The notes under the pieces are model-generated. The model was given only the letters and a program-made list of their open reading frames with translations. It made no database searches and had not been told where the DNA came from. Both the position numbers and the translations under genes were made by a program. This document shows, piece after piece, positions 62,956-64,000 of a DNA stretch of 64,000 nucleotides (position 1 is the first letter of the stretch; each line of letters starts with the position of its first letter). Where the stretch lies: the NCBI RefSeq assembly GCF_037042905.1, contig NC_087250.1:20152001-20216000 (forward strand), read 5' to 3'. The DNA is from Lytechinus pictus (Eukaryota).

Positions 62956-64000
62956 GTTACCATGGTAGTTACCATTGGAAGGCAAAGTTACCATGAAACT
63001 AATATAACTTTTATGCAATGGGCTCCCGTTAGTGAAGAATAAAGTGCAGAGAAATGAAAGAGGAAATGATTACAATTCTGGTTGTTGGTAGCAGACTATG
63101 AACAATTCTTTCAGGATACGGTAGCCATGGTAGCCGCGCTATGCATATACCGTACATACTGTACTGTGCTTTGGTTACTCCTATAGCTTATCCTACACAT
63201 TAAGAATAAATTCAATACTTCAATGCATGCTTAGCTTAATCAAAAATTGTAGTTGACTCTAAAAGTCTAATATGTGGTATTAATCTCATTTATTTTTTTA
63301 TATTTTTTTATTGTATCTCTTGAATGCCATGTAGCACTGTAACTGTGTCTTCATTTTGTGTGGCGCCACCATGTGTTGACTTCTATAAAGGTTTGGAGTT
63401 ACTAAATGAGGTTATCTGTAAATATTGTGTTTAAGCGTTTAGTGTTAAGTGTTATTCTTATTAAAAAAGTTATATCTATATTAATCATTCAAACTTAAGT
63501 ATCATTACAGCATTATTGAAATTATAATATAAAGTTATTTTTATCTGAGCAATATAATATTTGAAATGTACATAGAATTATGTATTTATGTTATTTGCAC
63601 TCAGTAATAATGCAATTGCCATTGTTTTGTGAAAATTGCCTTTTATTCATAAAGAGCTCCTAAATCTCATTGTAGGTGAATACTGTTCACTTGTGCAAAA
63701 AAAAAATCATATTCACATTTGATTGAGTTTCAATATTTATATATATATATATATATGCGTTACAGCTAGAGAGAAAAAAAGTTGGTGTTCCATACATATG
63801 GCTCGTTTACAAAAATTACAATTTCTAGCCTGTTTACAAAATTGTTGGAGACTTGTTAGGAAACTTCCGAAACAATTAAATGGTTTTAACAAGAGTTGAG
63901 ATACCAATTATATCATATATCTGCGTTGTCTAATGATTTAGCTGTGCAACATCAGGGTGGGGTAGACTTATGGAGAAAGTGCGAGAGAGTGATGATTTGG

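Larger units (their letters stand above)
57583..63027. mobile_element. Harbinger-like MITE split by the 57686..62955 insertion
   Basis: 57583..57685 and 62962..63027 rejoin into a relative of 21288..21442. Confidence 0.7.

Noticed and set aside
57629..63018. ORFs of 138-245 aa with TKLISSRRNVIAS repeats
   Set aside because: Translations of the 60-bp tandem repeats within the TIRs, not a transposase.

Overview
AT-rich, repeat-dense animal DNA; the repeat families and gene structure suggest a marine invertebrate, probably a sea urchin (inference). The only intact host gene is a full-length PRDM9/Meisetz on the + strand. Its hand-assembled CDS spans 14203..24441 in 8 coding exons (about 955 aa): KRAB, SSXRD, zinc knuckle, PR/SET with the three catalytic tyrosines, a post-SET finger, and a 12-unit 84-bp zinc-finger minisatellite whose variation concentrates at DNA-contact residues. 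Upstream lie a 5'-truncated L1/Tx1-type LINE with a 16-bp TSD, tRNA-derived SINEs, MITEs, a Crypton-like remnant and a Penelope-type minimal hammerhead motif. Downstream are a 5.6-kb CCCAG-terminal (EnSpm/CMC-like) element in the probable 3' UTR and a 25.8-kb element (31528..57325). The latter is almost entirely one giant inverted repeat, has TAT..ATA termini and a 6-bp TSD (IS3EU-like signature), and carries a decayed spliced THAP/DHSY gene in each arm. A 5.3-kb relative of the same family follows (57686..62955). Coordinates were read by eye, so internal repeat boundaries are approximate.
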